Shown here: positions 37,233-51,404 of the stretch, one piece after another | Layout: each line of letters starts with the position of its first letter | Numbering within the stretch: position 1 is the first letter of the stretch | NCBI GenBank assembly: GCA_002269645.1 | Contig: NIVC01002236.1 | Location: 1-64,000, forward strand | DNA: 64,000 bases | Origin: Macrostomum lignano | Taxonomy: Eukaryota | Direction: 5' to 3' | Made by a program: the position numbers and the translations under genes | Notes under the pieces: generated by a model | Told to the model about the DNA's origin: nothing | Database searches by the model: none | The model's input: only the letters and a program-made list of their open reading frames with translations

Positions 37233-39229
37233 ATTTCCGTGACCCGAAGAAGAAGAAGCACCTCCTGCACTGGCTGTGGGCAGCACGACTCGGCGCGGAT
37301 GATGTGACCTGCCAGCTGGAGTCACCGATGTCGCAAGAGTTCGCTTGGATGAATTCAAGCAACAATCTAATCTAGTCTCGACCACCATCTAGAACAGCCT
37401 CGTAGAGCCTCGAACTGCAATACCGTCCTTACAGAACAAAAAGCACTCCAGGCAAAACCACGGCAACGCCGCAGACTCTTGCGGACATCGGGAACCAGTC
37501 ACTCAGACAATAAGAGAGTCAAAAGCTCTTAGACTGCAGGAGATCTACAAGTGACCGGCCGCATCAATCAGATTGGCGTCTCACAATGACCGCCGCGGTT
37601 CATGGAGATTTCCAGAGATCGAATTTTTAATACCAACGCAGAATTACTAACTACCTAACTCTATTTTTAATTGGCTGAACTAAGGACTTAAAACACTCTC
37701 AGAGAACTGGACAGGTGCGATAGTAAATGGTATAAAAATTGGGGGAAACGCAGCCAAAAGTGACTTTTCCAGACACTTTTGCGCCGAAAGTGACAGGCCA
37801 TAAATCATAGGAGACGTGCAGTAAGTAACTGAATTTAAGAGAAAAATCAATAGGAGCCAACTCTAGACGTAAACAGCTCAATAAAAATTAACATTATTAC
37901 CAGCTATCATGACCTACAAAGTAGCACTACATGCAAGTCTAAGAATAAAAAAGGAGAAAACCTAACCTAGCCTACTAGAAGTAATATGCTACTATGAAAA
38001 GCAAGCCACACATGTATATCGATAATACATGTATAAGGAACTGTGAAGCCTTGCTTTTCATTTAACTCTTAGATGCATTGAAATATGATGCTATTAATTC
38101 AGGGAGAAAACACCAGCACAGTGGGGAATGTTATTTGATAAGGACTTAAACAGATTGACTTTATTATGAAAAGATTACATTATTCGCGCGAAAAAATGGT
38201 GCTTGCTTCAACTTTAAGCAATGAATGCGATTGATTGAAAATCACACAATTACATTGAAATCTACTGTGTGTACATGCACTGTGTGTGCACATGTACTGT
38301 GCGTAGATGTACAAGTTAAAAGTATGTCGTGACCGCTTATTACAATATTTTCGGGCTTTCAGTTTTGCTCAATTTATTCTTGCATTCGTGTAGACTAGAC
38401 TACAGCAGCGTCGTCACATAGTGCCAGGCTGTTAATTGGCGCATCATGTGCGTTTCCCATCCGAGTGGCTTCCTGAGAGCGCGCGGTCGCTGTGAAGCGC
38501 CGTCCGTTGTCCTGTGGTCGCAGGTGCAATTTTAATTTTCGACGCCGCAGACTCACCACGCAGCTTGCAGTCGATCTTTCCAGAAATTCTTTACCTATAG
38601 GTCTTTTTGTCTTTTCTTTGAAAAACCAGAAAGGTCGGGGATGCTCGATAGTCTCATTTTCATTCCGAAATTCAAAGCAGCAAGCTTCTTTTAAAGGTGC
38701 CTTACAATTAACGGTACTAAAAATCTATCACAAAGACTTATCTGAGATTCGATCGATTCGTCACCAACCCGGGGGACCTTGGACACGAGGGAAATTAGGC
38801 TCTGGTTCCAGTCCAAATAGAGCGATTAAATTTAATTCTTCTGTCTTTTAGTTGATTCGTTTTAATCTGACTGCAAGTGGATACAGCGGGCTTAAATTTT
38901 AATGAAAACTGAAATTTTAATGCTGCTATTTTTTCTGTTTCAAATAATTTATCCAACGACTAGCAAAAAAGTCTCAAGAGGTAAAGAAAAATAAATTGCG
39001 TGACTTTAATAATTAAAGTTAATTTCACTAGACATAGTCAGAGCACGAAGGAAGGCAGACGACGCGAAGGCCCGCATGGTTGAGCGAGGCGCGAAAGTGA
39101 ACAAAAAGTCCCGTAAGCTTCGCGCAGTTAAAACAAATATATTTCGACGCGAACGAGTAAAAAAATTGCGATTGAAAAAATCAAGAGGAAAAGAGTATCA
39201 ATAGTGAAAAAGAATAAAGGCCACCACAC

Positions 39230-40200
39230 CAACAGACAGGCCAGCCAAGTCAACGAGAAGGCTTTAAGACTGGAGCGAGGAGGTGGGTGCGCGGTGGAGA
39301 GAGAGCAAGTACGCAAGGCGTGTACAAAGTACGACGCCACTTGGCAAGACAGAAGTCGCCCGCCCTGCGCTAAATAAATCAACCAAGCTAACCTACCTGT
39401 ACAACAATCCGACATCGAAGACCTCTGGCCGACGTTCCAGACGTTTATTTGCGTCGAGGACAAAGATTTGATTTTAAATTAAATCTACGGATAACGAATG
39501 CATGGTTGATTAAAGTGCAAAGTAACGGGTTAAAAAGACTCGTTGCCCCAGCGCATACCAGTGTCAGCCCTCTTCAAAGCGATTCACCTGCACAAGACCG
39601 AAGCCCGCGTCAAACAGCTCGCCTACCTGTATCGAGTAGCGTAGGTAATTCATCATATCTGCAGCTTCATATTTGTTAGTCATTCGCGTCATCTGTCTGT
39701 AATTGTCTATCATATGCTCTGCTGATTCGCCTCACCAGAACCAATATTAGCCAGCACTTTCCCCTGCTCAAAGCCGTCAAGGAAATCACAAATCAAAAGA
39801 TCATTGCGCCGGCCAGAGCACTTGATCTGTTGTTCATTGTTGAGCCGCACTCAGTGACACCAATCTATCAAGCAGCTCATGCCATTATCTTCCCCCAGGT
39901 TTAATCCGACATAATCGCACACATCAGGATGAACGCAACTGGGGCCAGCAGGCTTGGCACAATAGCCGCGTTTAACAGGTCTCGTGGTTGGACACTCGCA
40001 TTGCAGATCACCGACCTCCCTCTTAAGTTGAGCGGCTTTCCTGCGTAGCTTCAGCAGTCTGATCACCGCGTCTCCGCCTTTGCGTTGTTCTCGTCCGTGC
40101 CTGCCGCGTTTATCGTATATCACGCGACACGCACGGTTCGTGTAATTTTTTTGGAGGCAGAATTTCCATTAGCGTTTAATATAGCAAGCATTGAAATAAT
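39230..40200 (+). mobile_element. Highly decayed reverse-transcriptase remnant, possibly R2/NeSL-type
   Basis: Stop-riddled frames give LDL..HSV...I.QA....P...DII.HIR..TGASRLG and RVSAFA, echoing the order of RT motifs. The match is by eye only. Confidence 0.35.
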
Positions 40201-41627
40201 CTTATCATTGAATGCAGATCTTTTTTCAGAAGGTCTTTGTATCTGCTCCTGAGCCGCCTCCGCGCTGATATTGTCATCTGCATCGTCTTCTTGAGCAGCT
40301 TGTTCCTAATGCCCCCAAGGACTACTTAAGTACGTTACTTTATATATTTATATAAATACGTTACTTTAGTCGTCCTTGAATGCTCCATGTTCTGCAGCAG
40401 CGAATCCGCAGCTGCTTGCGTTAGCGCGGGCACGCAAGGCTTGCGGAGACACCATGCTAAGGTGAATGAGTTTCTCGCGGTAACGCCTCTTGGCGAGACA
40501 GTAGCCCACCAAACTTTCGGGGGGATCACGTGACCTTGGCATTGCCCACCATCACTCGTATCAACGCACCGGCTCCATGCCCCACGGTTTCAACACCAAC
40601 CAAGCTAAACCCGGTCGGACTAAATAGAAAATATTAACACATGAATTCAATTTTCATCGACGTCACTGCGAACATCAAAATACTTTTGAATTATAGTTTT
40701 TACTCGTGTTTACCTAAAGTGTATAAAGCTTCTTGTAGCATGGACATACGATAAACAAAAAAGCTTGGTTTAACTATCTCATCTTAGTATCTTGGTAGCT
40801 TTCTGAAGGGTTGGGAATGGAAACTTGAGGTTGACGAACAATGTCCTAGCCAGTTACCCAGCTCAGATGAGAGTCAGGTGGGACTTGGGAGAGAACAAAA
40901 AGTAATTGAAACACACTCCCATGCGCAAAAAAGTATCGGGTAGAGTAAATAGGGGTAATTACAATAATACACAACACCAAGTTTTCATATACGAGTACTT
41001 TAGATATATAGAGTCAATTTCAAGAGAAAATTCGATTTTTTACCCGCAAAAGTTAGCTCTAGGATTATGAAACCAATCTGTGCTTCGAACAGAAAGCTGC
41101 TCATCATAAAATATACTGAACCAATTTTTTTAGCACAACAAAACAGAAAAATATAGGGAGTAGTAGCTAAAGTGTATCACAGGGCACTAATAATTAAGTG
41201 TCTGGTTAAGCCTGTTTAAGACAACAGATTGGTAAAAACGTGTCAAGGGACGGACAATTAAGAACAAAGCATAAAATGTTCTTCTGAATTAAAAATTTGA
41301 ATTTACATAAAATTAACAAAAATAAAAACTCAAACACAGAACAATCTAGACGCAGATTAATAAGTAAGGATCAGTATGATGTATACAACTTACAAGCTTA
41401 GGCTAATCTGGTGTGCACTGAACTATAGTTTTCAAATTGATATTGAAGAAAACACAAGAACAATGGTGCAAAACGACACCCAACTGAAAAAAAACAAACG
41501 CACGTAAAGTTTCTTATTTGTAGTTTAGGAATTCAATTTTTGAGTTGAATATCATCTCTCACAGTTCCCAAGCATCATGCTCCAATCACGCGACAGGTTT
41601 CAGGCGGCTTCAGTTCCGCTGATTTGG

Positions 41628-42922
41628 TTATTTTTTCTTATTAGCTGTTGCCACCTCCATCTCCATCCTGCTTGTCAGATTCACCGCTCCAGCGCTGGTC
41701 TGAGGGCTGAACCGCCTGCCACAGATGAGGCGCAGCAACCGCTCGCAGACTGTGCGATATCCGGTGCGGAACTCCTTGTTGCTGAGCCCGTAGACGATGA
41801 AGTTGACGCTCGAGTTGGTGTGGGCAAATAAGATCGCATAGGCGTGCACGTGGATCGGGAAGCTGTCGTCCCAGTCCAGAGCTACGATGGTCGCGTACGG
41901 AGCCCAGCAGAAGGCGAGCACGGCGAACACGATGAACAGAGTGCGGGCTAGGCGGATCGAGGCCACGCTGCCGCCGGGTCGGACGCTGTTCGAAGCTCCG
42001 CCCTGCGCATCTCTGGCATTTCCCAGCTGCAGATGGCGCACCCGAGCCATCGCCTGCCTGACGTGCACGAAGATGCGAAAGTAGCAGATGAGGATCACAA
42101 TGCTGGGCGCAACTACAGCGCAGCACGAGAAGAAGATCGTGTAGGACCTGTCAGCCATGCGGTTCCACACGCAGGCAAAGTTCTTCCTGTCGTAGGCGAA
42201 GTCGCCCCAGCCCACAAAGTTGGGAAACTGCAGCAGCCAGCTCACAATCCACAGGCCGACGCAGAGCGCTACGCAGCTGCGCCGGTTGAAGAATCTGTTG
42301 TAGCTGGCGTTGTTGCAGATGAAGACGCATCGGTTGACGGCTACAGCGGTAATGCTGAGCAGCGAGCAGTAGCAGGAAGTGAGGCAGGTCGACGCCACGA
42401 ACTCGCACAGAGCAACTCGCTGCTCGAAGTAGATCTCGCCGTGCATTACGCCTGGAATTGCGTTTTTGATTTGGATAGTCTGTGTAGTTGAAGTCAACGT
42501 CTGTGAAGGCAGTCAGTGCAGTGACTTTACCAGTGATAGCGAACGGGTCAACGAATATCGTAATGCACAGATCGGCAATGGCCAAGTTCACGACGAACAA
42601 GTTGCCCACGTGGCGCAGCGTCTGGACATTCAAGACGTAGTTCGTGTTATTTACGGATTTGTAAATAATACTGAAAGAAAATTTTACCTTTTGCAGAAAG
42701 ATGGCACCGATGACCATGAGGTTTCCCATCGTTCCAACGGTAGCGCCGAACGTCAGAAGAATCAGCCCGGGATAGGTCACCTCTGCAGTGGGTATTTAGT
42801 TGTGGTGGTTATTGTAAAATGAACTTTCTGAAAGCATGTTCTGTATGTTGCTTACCTGGTATTACGTGCAATAGACTTTGCAAAGTATAGTTAAACTTAG
42901 GTGCCAGTCCTGCAATGTCCAT
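41628..42922 (-). CDS. Melatonin-receptor-like class A GPCR, paralogue C; exons 42922-42856, 42782-42688, 42621-42531, 42451-41628; 358 aa
   Basis: Intact 1077-nt spliced frame with the same exon sizes and motifs as paralogue A. Confidence 0.88.
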
Positions 42923-43699
42923 TTTTGCGCTGTATAGGTTGCCGATTTCTGGCTGGTCTGGCAAGAAATTGTAGAGCCTTCTTCGTGCTTTTCTACTGCT
43001 TTTTGTAGAGAACATCTGCTGCTCGTCTTTTTACTGGCTCCCATGATCAGGGCCCATGGGAAATGCCTCAGCAACAGGCAGTGACGTCCTCTGCGCCGAG
43101 CAGTCGACTAGAGACGGAAATTCCGAAAAATTCCGTGCGTTCGTTTGATAACCAATTGATAAATCATTCCCTGTCTTTAGAGTTTTTGGACTGCGCTTGT
43201 CTTAGATAGACTTTAGCTACTAAATCCTGGGAGGAGCTCCGCCTAACAAAGGTCAGCTTTAGCAAGTAGAGATGCAAAGTTTGCAAATTACAGAATGAAT
43301 TAGGTAATAAAAATCGCAGTTTTCACATCAGCAATGGTACTGTTATAGAAGAACAAACTTTCTGAAATTACGTGTGACCTTGAATAGCACCAAAACCTTG
43401 TAAAAGGAAAGCCCGCTTGTTTACATTGCAGCCACAGAACTAACAGTAAATTCTGTGATTGCAGCTAAACCTAAAATACTCATATCTTCGATCAGTTGCA
43501 CTTAAAATGAAAATTTTTGCCATGTTGTTGAAATTAAATGTTGTTTTTAAGATGGCGCAAAGTTTAGCATTATATCCACATGTTGGAACGGCAGGAACGG
43601 TCCCTGCAAATAAGTTTCTCTTACTTAAACTATAAATAACTATCATTAATCGTTCATTTCTATGGCTTATAGAAACGTTTTTCATGCTGGATAATTTGA

Positions 43700-44062
43700 G
43701 TTGAAGTCACAGGCAGGATGCTGTGTGCACCCTGGCGCACTTTGAGCGACATTGTCACACAATCGACGAGAGGCATTGCTGCCCATTCTGCCGACTCCTC
43801 TGAGCAGGCACACAAGCGCGCGGATTCGTACACAGTCACACACAGGCACACACTCACACAGAAGTGTACAGCGGCCCTAACTTTATTTATCGTTAGACAT
43901 GTACACTTCACTGTGCCTTTGGGGTTGGCCCTCAAAGGCGTTAATTGCACAAGCAGACCCAAGCCGAGATTCGATCGAATGAAGGTTACTGCATGCACTT
44001 TAAATCGAGCCTGAACCGTTGGTACAACAGAGCGCTCCGCTAGACTACTAAGCTACGGCCCC
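43700..44062 (-). mobile_element. tRNA-derived SINE family 2, second copy
   Basis: The reverse complement starts GGGGCCGTAGCTTAGTAGTC..GGCTCGATT and shares CACAGTGAAGTG..AATAAAGTTAGGGC.GCTGTACAC and the 3' body with the 34950 copy. Confidence 0.8.
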
Positions 44063-46357
44063 GCCCCCTTCGAACTTTACCATACATTGTACCTTGAACT
44101 ACTTTGTGCTTTCACCTTGAAATTCAAAATTTCTGCTGCGATGAGGGGTCTATATTGGAGTCAGAATTGATAAGTCTGCTTGCCCCAAAGAAGACAGGCA
44201 TTTTTCAATTGATACACGGTGTGCACGTAGAGCTAGTACAGCAGGCCATCTCCCTTTGATGATATTTTCCCTTGATAATATGTTCGTTGTGACGAACAGG
44301 AAAATCTAAGAAGATCATCCCAAATACGTGCGTACTATGTTTGGTTAAAATGCTTCAATGCTTCATAAAGCCAGCTGCTTTTAGCAATAAGTTTACCCTC
44401 CGCAACAATCAGCTCATCAATTCAAGCTCACAGAATGCATAACTCTATGTACAGGAACACTAAAGAGATACTCAAATTACACTTCTGACCGCTAGGAATA
44501 CCTGGAAAAAATGAAACAGAGCCAAAAGACAGGCACAAGAAAATATTCAGTCCGAGGGTGAAAACGGCAATCGCAAAGATTTCGCCTCAAGATTTCGAGG
44601 TAGCTACATGCAAACCATTTTGCAGCCAATTCCTGTGGGCATTGCAGATTCGCTCTTTGATTAAATTTTCCCGCGAAATCTTGATTTTTTTTAAGTAGCT
44701 GGCGTCAAAGAGAGCTGGATTGCGACGAAAATAGCAGCAGATATGCTCGTTGATGCCCCAGCTGTTGCAACGCGTCAGTTGGTACGAGCGTACATGCAAT
44801 TGGGCTCTGGATAAAATTCATCAAAGTTTCGCTACTCAAATGTCCTGCTGAGTTTCATTGGCCGACGTCAGTCGTGGTCAAAGTTTTACTTTCGAGTAAA
44901 TAATATGCGTGTTCGTCAGTCAAGTAGCTATTGTTCTATTGAAACCCAGAAGTAGTAGTCGGTTGACCCGACTCCCGTATTTTGGAACGGTTTAACAATA
45001 TCTAAAATAATTTTTTAATCAGATTATATCAGATTTTTTAAGATCATATTTTTTTGCAAGGACATCTGCTCTCTCCGGCTCCATCGCCTGCAATAGCCTT
45101 GAGAAGCTTTTGCTCCATCGAATGAGTTGACTTGGTATCATCAGCGATATTGAGGATCTAGATAGTCCAGCCTTACCGACTGGATGATGAGTTCGTTTAT
45201 ACTTGAAGTAGCTGCATTCAATTTTCTTGAATTTTCTCGATCTAAGTCGAAATTTTCGTAGTTTTGCTGCCCGCGCAACATTCCGATAGACTTCGCGAGT
45301 AAATGGGTCTTTCACGTTCCATTGTTGATGGCGACATTATACGTTGGCCAAACGTCATTGTGGCTAAAGTAAAACGTCAATAAGCGTTGGATACGTGGCT
45401 CTCCTCTCACCGACGTTGGATGACGACACCCGTAGTGAAACGTTTACGCTCAAAATAAAGGTAATAATTATAGATTCGAAGATTTAGATTTAAGTTATAT
45501 AGTAAACGCCAGAGTAAAGAAATTATAAAAATGATACAATTTTTGTTTATTTTTTCGGCTAGCTATCACGAGAAAAACTACTCTCTCAGTAGTTTCACGG
45601 TAGCTCAACTACATGTGTATGTCAAATCCATAAAAGTTTTCCCTAAACGCGCTGCAAGTAAATTGTTTTTGTTTGTCTGAACCAATAAATGCATGTACGT
45701 AGATGTAAGGAACATTTACTGTTTTGAATTGTGAGGCTTTCGAATAGGCCAGTAGTAAAACTCGCTGTCAGTAGGCTTGAATCTGTCTGAATCTGTAAGG
45801 CTCAAAGGGGATGCTGATGTCTTAGGCCAGGTAGCTAGGGCTGATGCTTTTGGTTTTAACCGTCAATTTAAAAATTTCCCCACTCTGTTGCCTTTCCAAC
45901 GTGGTCGCTTGAGCTTAATATATTTCAGTCAGATAGTTGTTAGTCATGGCATGAGGTGGGTGTTAGACTCAATTACAAGTAAGGTGAATATTGCATAATA
46001 GATCGATTGAGGTTGGGGGAAGAGCTAAAAAATGGGGTCTTTAACTCGCGTGCTACAGCGATGTACATCACACTGGCTACTAGCCTTATACGTACAAAAG
46101 TCAACTATTCCACTCCTTCCAAACAATTATTTGTATGCGATTTTGCCCCAGGATATGTATATTAATGAGTACAATTGAGTATTCAATTTTTGCTTTACCG
46201 CATTGTAAGTCTTCTTTTAGGCCTTACTGACTTTTACCTAAGTTGGTCTCTTATGTGCTTCCGTTCTAACTAATTCTTAAGCCTAAAAGATCTTACAACC
46301 GAGATCGTCAACCGGTTGGCTACAAATTGTGCCTTTAGCTCAAAGGACAAACATATA

Positions 46358-47746
46358 CTCAGCAACAGTCAAAGTTCCACCCCTATCGCGCCTAGTCAGA
46401 GATAACTTCTCGCTCACAATTCAACCCGCGAGTTACGCAACTACGCCGCGAGGAGGGAAGGGTGATTGAATCAATATTAAACGTCAAAATAGTCGCACAA
46501 AATCACAAGTTTATTTTTTATGCAAGATGCAGTTAGAATCGCAATGCTTAATACCGCGTGTGGAATCCCCTCGCACGCAGAAGAGCGGTGACTCTGCGTG
46601 GCATCCCCAAGATGAGGCGGCGCAGAAAGTCCTGGGGAAGCTGCTGCCAAGCGTTTGCAATTGCGTGACGTAGCTCCGCAACATTCTGTTGTGCATTCTC
46701 TTTTCGAATGCTGCGCTTTAGAAAGTCCCAGACATGCTCGATTGGATTCATGTCTGGGGACCGGGAAGGCCAGCGCAGAGTGCGGATCTGTAGCAGCTCT
46801 TTCACTTGACCAACAGCATCGGCTCGGTGTGGCGGCGCGTTATCATCCTGGAGAATGCAGTTGCCAACTCCTCCGAAAGCAGCATCGGCAAACGGTAGGA
46901 ACCGAGTCTGCAGATGATCTGCGTAGCTATTAGCGTTCACGTTGGCATCCAGGAAGACGATATCCGTCCTTGAATGTAGCGAGATGCCGGCCCAAACGTG
47001 CACTGAGCTGAGGCAGCCTGGCTCTCAGCGCACTGTACATGCTGCTGCAGCATCTCCTGCCGCGGTTCTCGCCAAACGCGGGTGAGACCATATGCTTGGA
47101 AAAGTCAGAACCGGCTCTCGTCAGTGAAAACAACGCATCGCCACTGCTGCTGCATGCCTCCAGTGGACGCGCTGCATCGCCCACTGCTCTCGGCTGGCGA
47201 TGTGGGCAGGACTGAGTCGAGGCCGCTTGCGCATCTTGCGAGAGCGGAGGCCGGCCTCCCGAATTCGACGTCGAACTGTCTGGGCGCTCAGGATGTTTCC
47301 TGCTCTGCTTCTCTCACCCCCATCAGACGGAGCAGGGTGACTGGCAGGGTGGGAGTTCGCCTTACTATTCGCGGCAGACGGCGATTTGCTCTGGCTGTTG
47401 AGCCACGGAGATCAAGGCGCTGACTGCCTTTCGCAGCGTGCTCCACGCTGCCAGTCTCACGGGACTTTGTCAGCAGTTTTCGGATTGCCGCTCGCGATCT
47501 TCCAAATCTGCAAGCAACTTCGCTGATGGACACACCGACTTCTAGCATTCCAACAGCACGCCATCGTTCAGCATTAATCGTTTGCTGGGCCATTTTTGAA
47601 ATCGTGTGTGTGTGGATTAGACTGAACATTTGTCCTCTTAAAGTTACGCAGTTTTGTACCATTACACAGACCCAAGCCCCCCAAGTGACAATAAGTGAGA
47701 AAAATTCCATCTCGCTTGGAGGGTGGAACTTTTGACTGTTGCTGAG
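46358..47746 (-). mobile_element. Full-length Tc1-family DNA transposon (DD34E), 1389 bp, transposase ATG 47593 to stop 46548, inactivated
   Basis: 25/26-bp TIRs CTCAGCAACAGTCAAA(A)GTTCCACCC flanked by TA. HTH N-terminus, TDESRF, QDDNAPPH, and SPDMNPIE with 34 residues between D and E. Several frameshifts and one stop. Confidence 0.95.
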
Positions 47747-50359
47747 TATAAGTCGCTGGATCTGAATGAACTGCACAGGAGTTCTAACTATCACTTAAGG
47801 TCTTTCTTTTTGAGCCCCATTTCGGGGCCGAGGACGTGTCTATTTTATAGATTTTTAGATACACGTCATCCCTCGCCGCTGATTAGCAACGGCGGGGTGC
47901 CAAAACAGACGCAGCAATATTAGATTAGCACGTTGCTACGGGGCGAGAGAGATAATTTAATATCTGGTAGTTGGTCGCATCAGGCGATGGTTAAAGGTCA
48001 GTTCAGGGTTCATTATTCGAGTCGATTCGCACCTCAGACCACCCGTGCGTCCCTCGGTGAGTCGTGCTTTCGCTCCCTGGGCCGATCCACGTACGTCACC
48101 GCTGCCCTTGGCCTGTTGACCATCGCTCTATCTCGCCCGCCAGTCGGGGTATCTTGCTGTATCGATTCTCCTGGCCCCGCGCCGACTGACTCTGCCTGTT
48201 ACCTCGGCCGGCTTTGAAGTCATCTCGTTTGGTCTGAAATCTTGGGGGAAAGTGACAGTTAAGTTCTTATCATATCTATGATTTATTTCGCTTTCTTGCC
48301 GTTCTTTTAATTTCTTTTACTTAAGTATCTTATCTCAAAATTGAAATTTCGCCCCCTGATTTTTGCTTCTTACTTTGCCCTTTAGCGAACCTTTTTATTT
48401 GCTCAGACTTTTTCTAATTTCTAATCCCCATACGCATGATTATACGAGAAAGATATAGTACGTATTTAAACGGCGTGTAAAATTAACATTGGTTATTGTA
48501 ATCAATAATTCTATTGTTTTTTTCCTCCTCCTGATTGTTTTAAGTCGTACTTTTCATATTAGTTATAATAATGCTCCTTAGCCAAATAATGCCAAAACAC
48601 TGCGTGTTATACTTGTTCGCAGACGGACGTCCTTCTCTCTAGTTCTGGGCTGTAAATTCCATGGAAATTCCATGGTAAGTCCATGTACTCGTAATATCCT
48701 ATTCCAATGTACACACTTCACACAAATTTACCAGTACTATGAGCGCAAAGAACTTTTTTTGAAATTGAACATTCAATCTACGCTCGTAGAATAGTCAGAA
48801 ATTTTTAGTGCTGTCCACAAGCGCACAATGCCTTCACCACGGGCAGAAAAATATTTCTGCCCCAAGCTTTTTTAAACATGTGAAGTTCCACTTTTTGTCC
48901 AATTAACATACTCGTCGCAAAACGTTGCCACTGCTCTTCTTTGCTTGTTTTTCCTTGAGAGCCAAGCTGACAGGATATTTATTTGGTAAGACATAGTCTA
49001 CCGTGGTATATTACTGGAAAATACGTGCTTACATTACATATGTATACCGAGGTTCATCAGTAAAAGTCAAAAAGATTAGTAGGTATTGATGAGTAACCTT
49101 TATACATGTATAGTGTATATCATACGAGTAAGTTACGTACATGTACATGCATTGATTCAAATTGCAAAGTATCTCAATTTCTGATAAATTTCTATTTTAG
49201 AAGAGGCTGCAGCATGGTATTTAACGAACTTACTACTCAAGACATAAAGCACAAGCGAGAAATAATCAGATCCAGCAATCAATGCAACACTAGGCTGTAC
49301 GTCGTTGAACTCTTGAAAGACTGGTCTCCAGAGGGATTTCAGAGAAATCTGCCGCAAAACAACGTCGACTTATCTAACAAGTTTAGGAAGGGTGAGACGG
49401 TGGTCATCAAACTGTTCGTGAATGGGCCGGAAGAAGAGCGTCGGGCGGATGCGAAAAGAAGACGCGATAACGAGCTCAAGAGACTGCGCAAGCTCGCTCA
49501 GCTTGAACCCGATAAAAACTGGTTCGTGATGGCTCTCGGTGTAGGAGAGTACTTGCAGAATTCGAGCATCTGCGGCCCATTTGTCATACTTGAGCAAGGA
49601 GAGTGCAGTCTCGGACATCTTCTGCATCGTAGGACCGACTGCCGAACTCATTTAAATGATCAGCCGTTGGGATCCGATCCGGAAGTCAATTCTTTTTACA
49701 CCCAAGACCATTGTTTCAGTTTTATTGTGCAAATTCAAGGTGCTGTAAAGTTCCTTCACAAGCAAGGCATGATTCATCGAGACTTGAAAAGTTACAACGT
49801 GCTACTTTTCAATGAAAAGACCCTCTGCAAACTGTGCGACTTTGAGGACTGCAGAGACATCAACCCCAGGATGACGGCAAAGATGGGAACAACCTGGTGG
49901 CGCGCTCCAGAACTGTACTGACCATCGATTCCGACGGTAAGACAGACTACGGATTTGCTGCAGACTGTGTTTTCATTTGGGCTGTTTATGTGCGAACTAC
50001 TGTTTCGAGAAGAGCCGTTTGTATGCTACTACACCGGACGAATGCACGAACACCGGCTCGACGCATCGAAAGTATTTGCCGACAAATTTCTGAGCACCTT
50101 GCCCAGATTCACTGAGGTTGATAGGCGCGCGATGTGCATTGACCACTCGACTAACCCAGGGCAACCGCGAGTGCTGCTCAACACCGACATGTGCGTCTTC
50201 CCGGCATTGAGGGACAGGAAAACGGCCTCGAAACTTTGCAGCTGATCGACCACTGCTGGATTGGAACCCGAAGAAGCGAATTTCTGCAGATTTGAGTGGC
50301 CGCTTCGATAATGATATCCGGCCATTTGCCACAGGATCTCCGCCGCATTTCCCTGCCCG

Positions 50360-50492
50360 NNNNNNNNNNNNNNNNNNNNNNNNNNNNNNNNNNNNNNNNN
50401 NNNNNNNNNNNNNNNNNNNNNNNNNNNNNNNNNNNNNNNNNNNNNNNNNNNNNNNNNNNNNNNNNNNNNNNNNNNNNNNNNNNNNNNNNNNN
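50360..50492. other. Assembly gap (133 N), followed by a (TGTC)n tract to about 50568
   Basis: Run of N in the sequence. Confidence 1.
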
Positions 50493-50569
<77 letters not shown>

Positions 50570-51148
50570 TCGAGTCGATATGAAAGGATTAAATCTTGAA
50601 TTTAAAATGCACTTCAAGAATTCGAGCGCGAGCGGACCCGCTTGGCTGAGGACCTCGCAGACACGGCGGCCGAGAAGGAGAAGCTCACTGTCGAAGTTGT
50701 TGGTCTGAAGAATGCGCTGCAGTAAGTTACCAATTTAGTGTATTGTCTACTGTTAGTAGCTAACCAAAGAATTCGGCCAACTGAACAAATTTATCAATAT
50801 TATTTACAAAACTTCCAGAACCAAACACAGGGACAATATTGTACTGCAAAAATTTGTTAAAAAGCACAATAAACTGCAGAAGTACTTGGACTCTGTAGTT
50901 AGTGCGGTAAGTTGCTTTCATCAGCTAATTTTCGGCAAACCCAAACGTAACTAAATGATGAAACTTTTTTGTCAATAAGATTTTTCTTTGGAATTGCAGG
51001 CTACAAATCTGCAAAGCGAACGAGACGCCTTCAGGGCAGCAGTGAGTATTTTTATCAATTAATCACTATTTCTATTCAATATTAGTCAATCATAATCAAT
51101 AACAATCAATTAAGTAATCAATCATAGTCAATCATAATAACAATAACA

Positions 51149-51241
51149 ATCAATCACAATCAATCACAATCAACCACAATCAATCACAATCAACCACAAT
51201 CAACCACAATCAACCACAATCAACCACAATCAACACAATCA
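51149..51241. repeat. 10-bp minisatellite (ACAATCAAYC), left block
   Basis: Direct inspection. Same unit as 53466-53990. Confidence 0.9.
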
Positions 51242-51404
51242 AATTCAGTGATCACTTGCTGTTGAGGGCTCCTCTTCTTTGTCGGGCAGGTTCTCCGAGC
51301 TCGTTTCTTCAGTCCGTTTCCTCCTGAGTAGTCTTCTTGAATTCTAAAATCCGACCGAATGTGAGAGCGTCACGATTTAATCCGTCGACGTCGAAGTATT
51401 CTTC

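Noticed and set aside
43082-43112. NF-kB-like GGAAATTCC and CRE-like sites upstream of receptor C (a similar site is at about 48662)
   Set aside because: Isolated imperfect short motifs with no support from the paralogous promoters.
49919-49921. Selenocysteine or readthrough TGA in the kinase
   Set aside because: The conserved subdomain IX residues are in a different frame right after the stop and more frameshifts follow, so indels explain it better.
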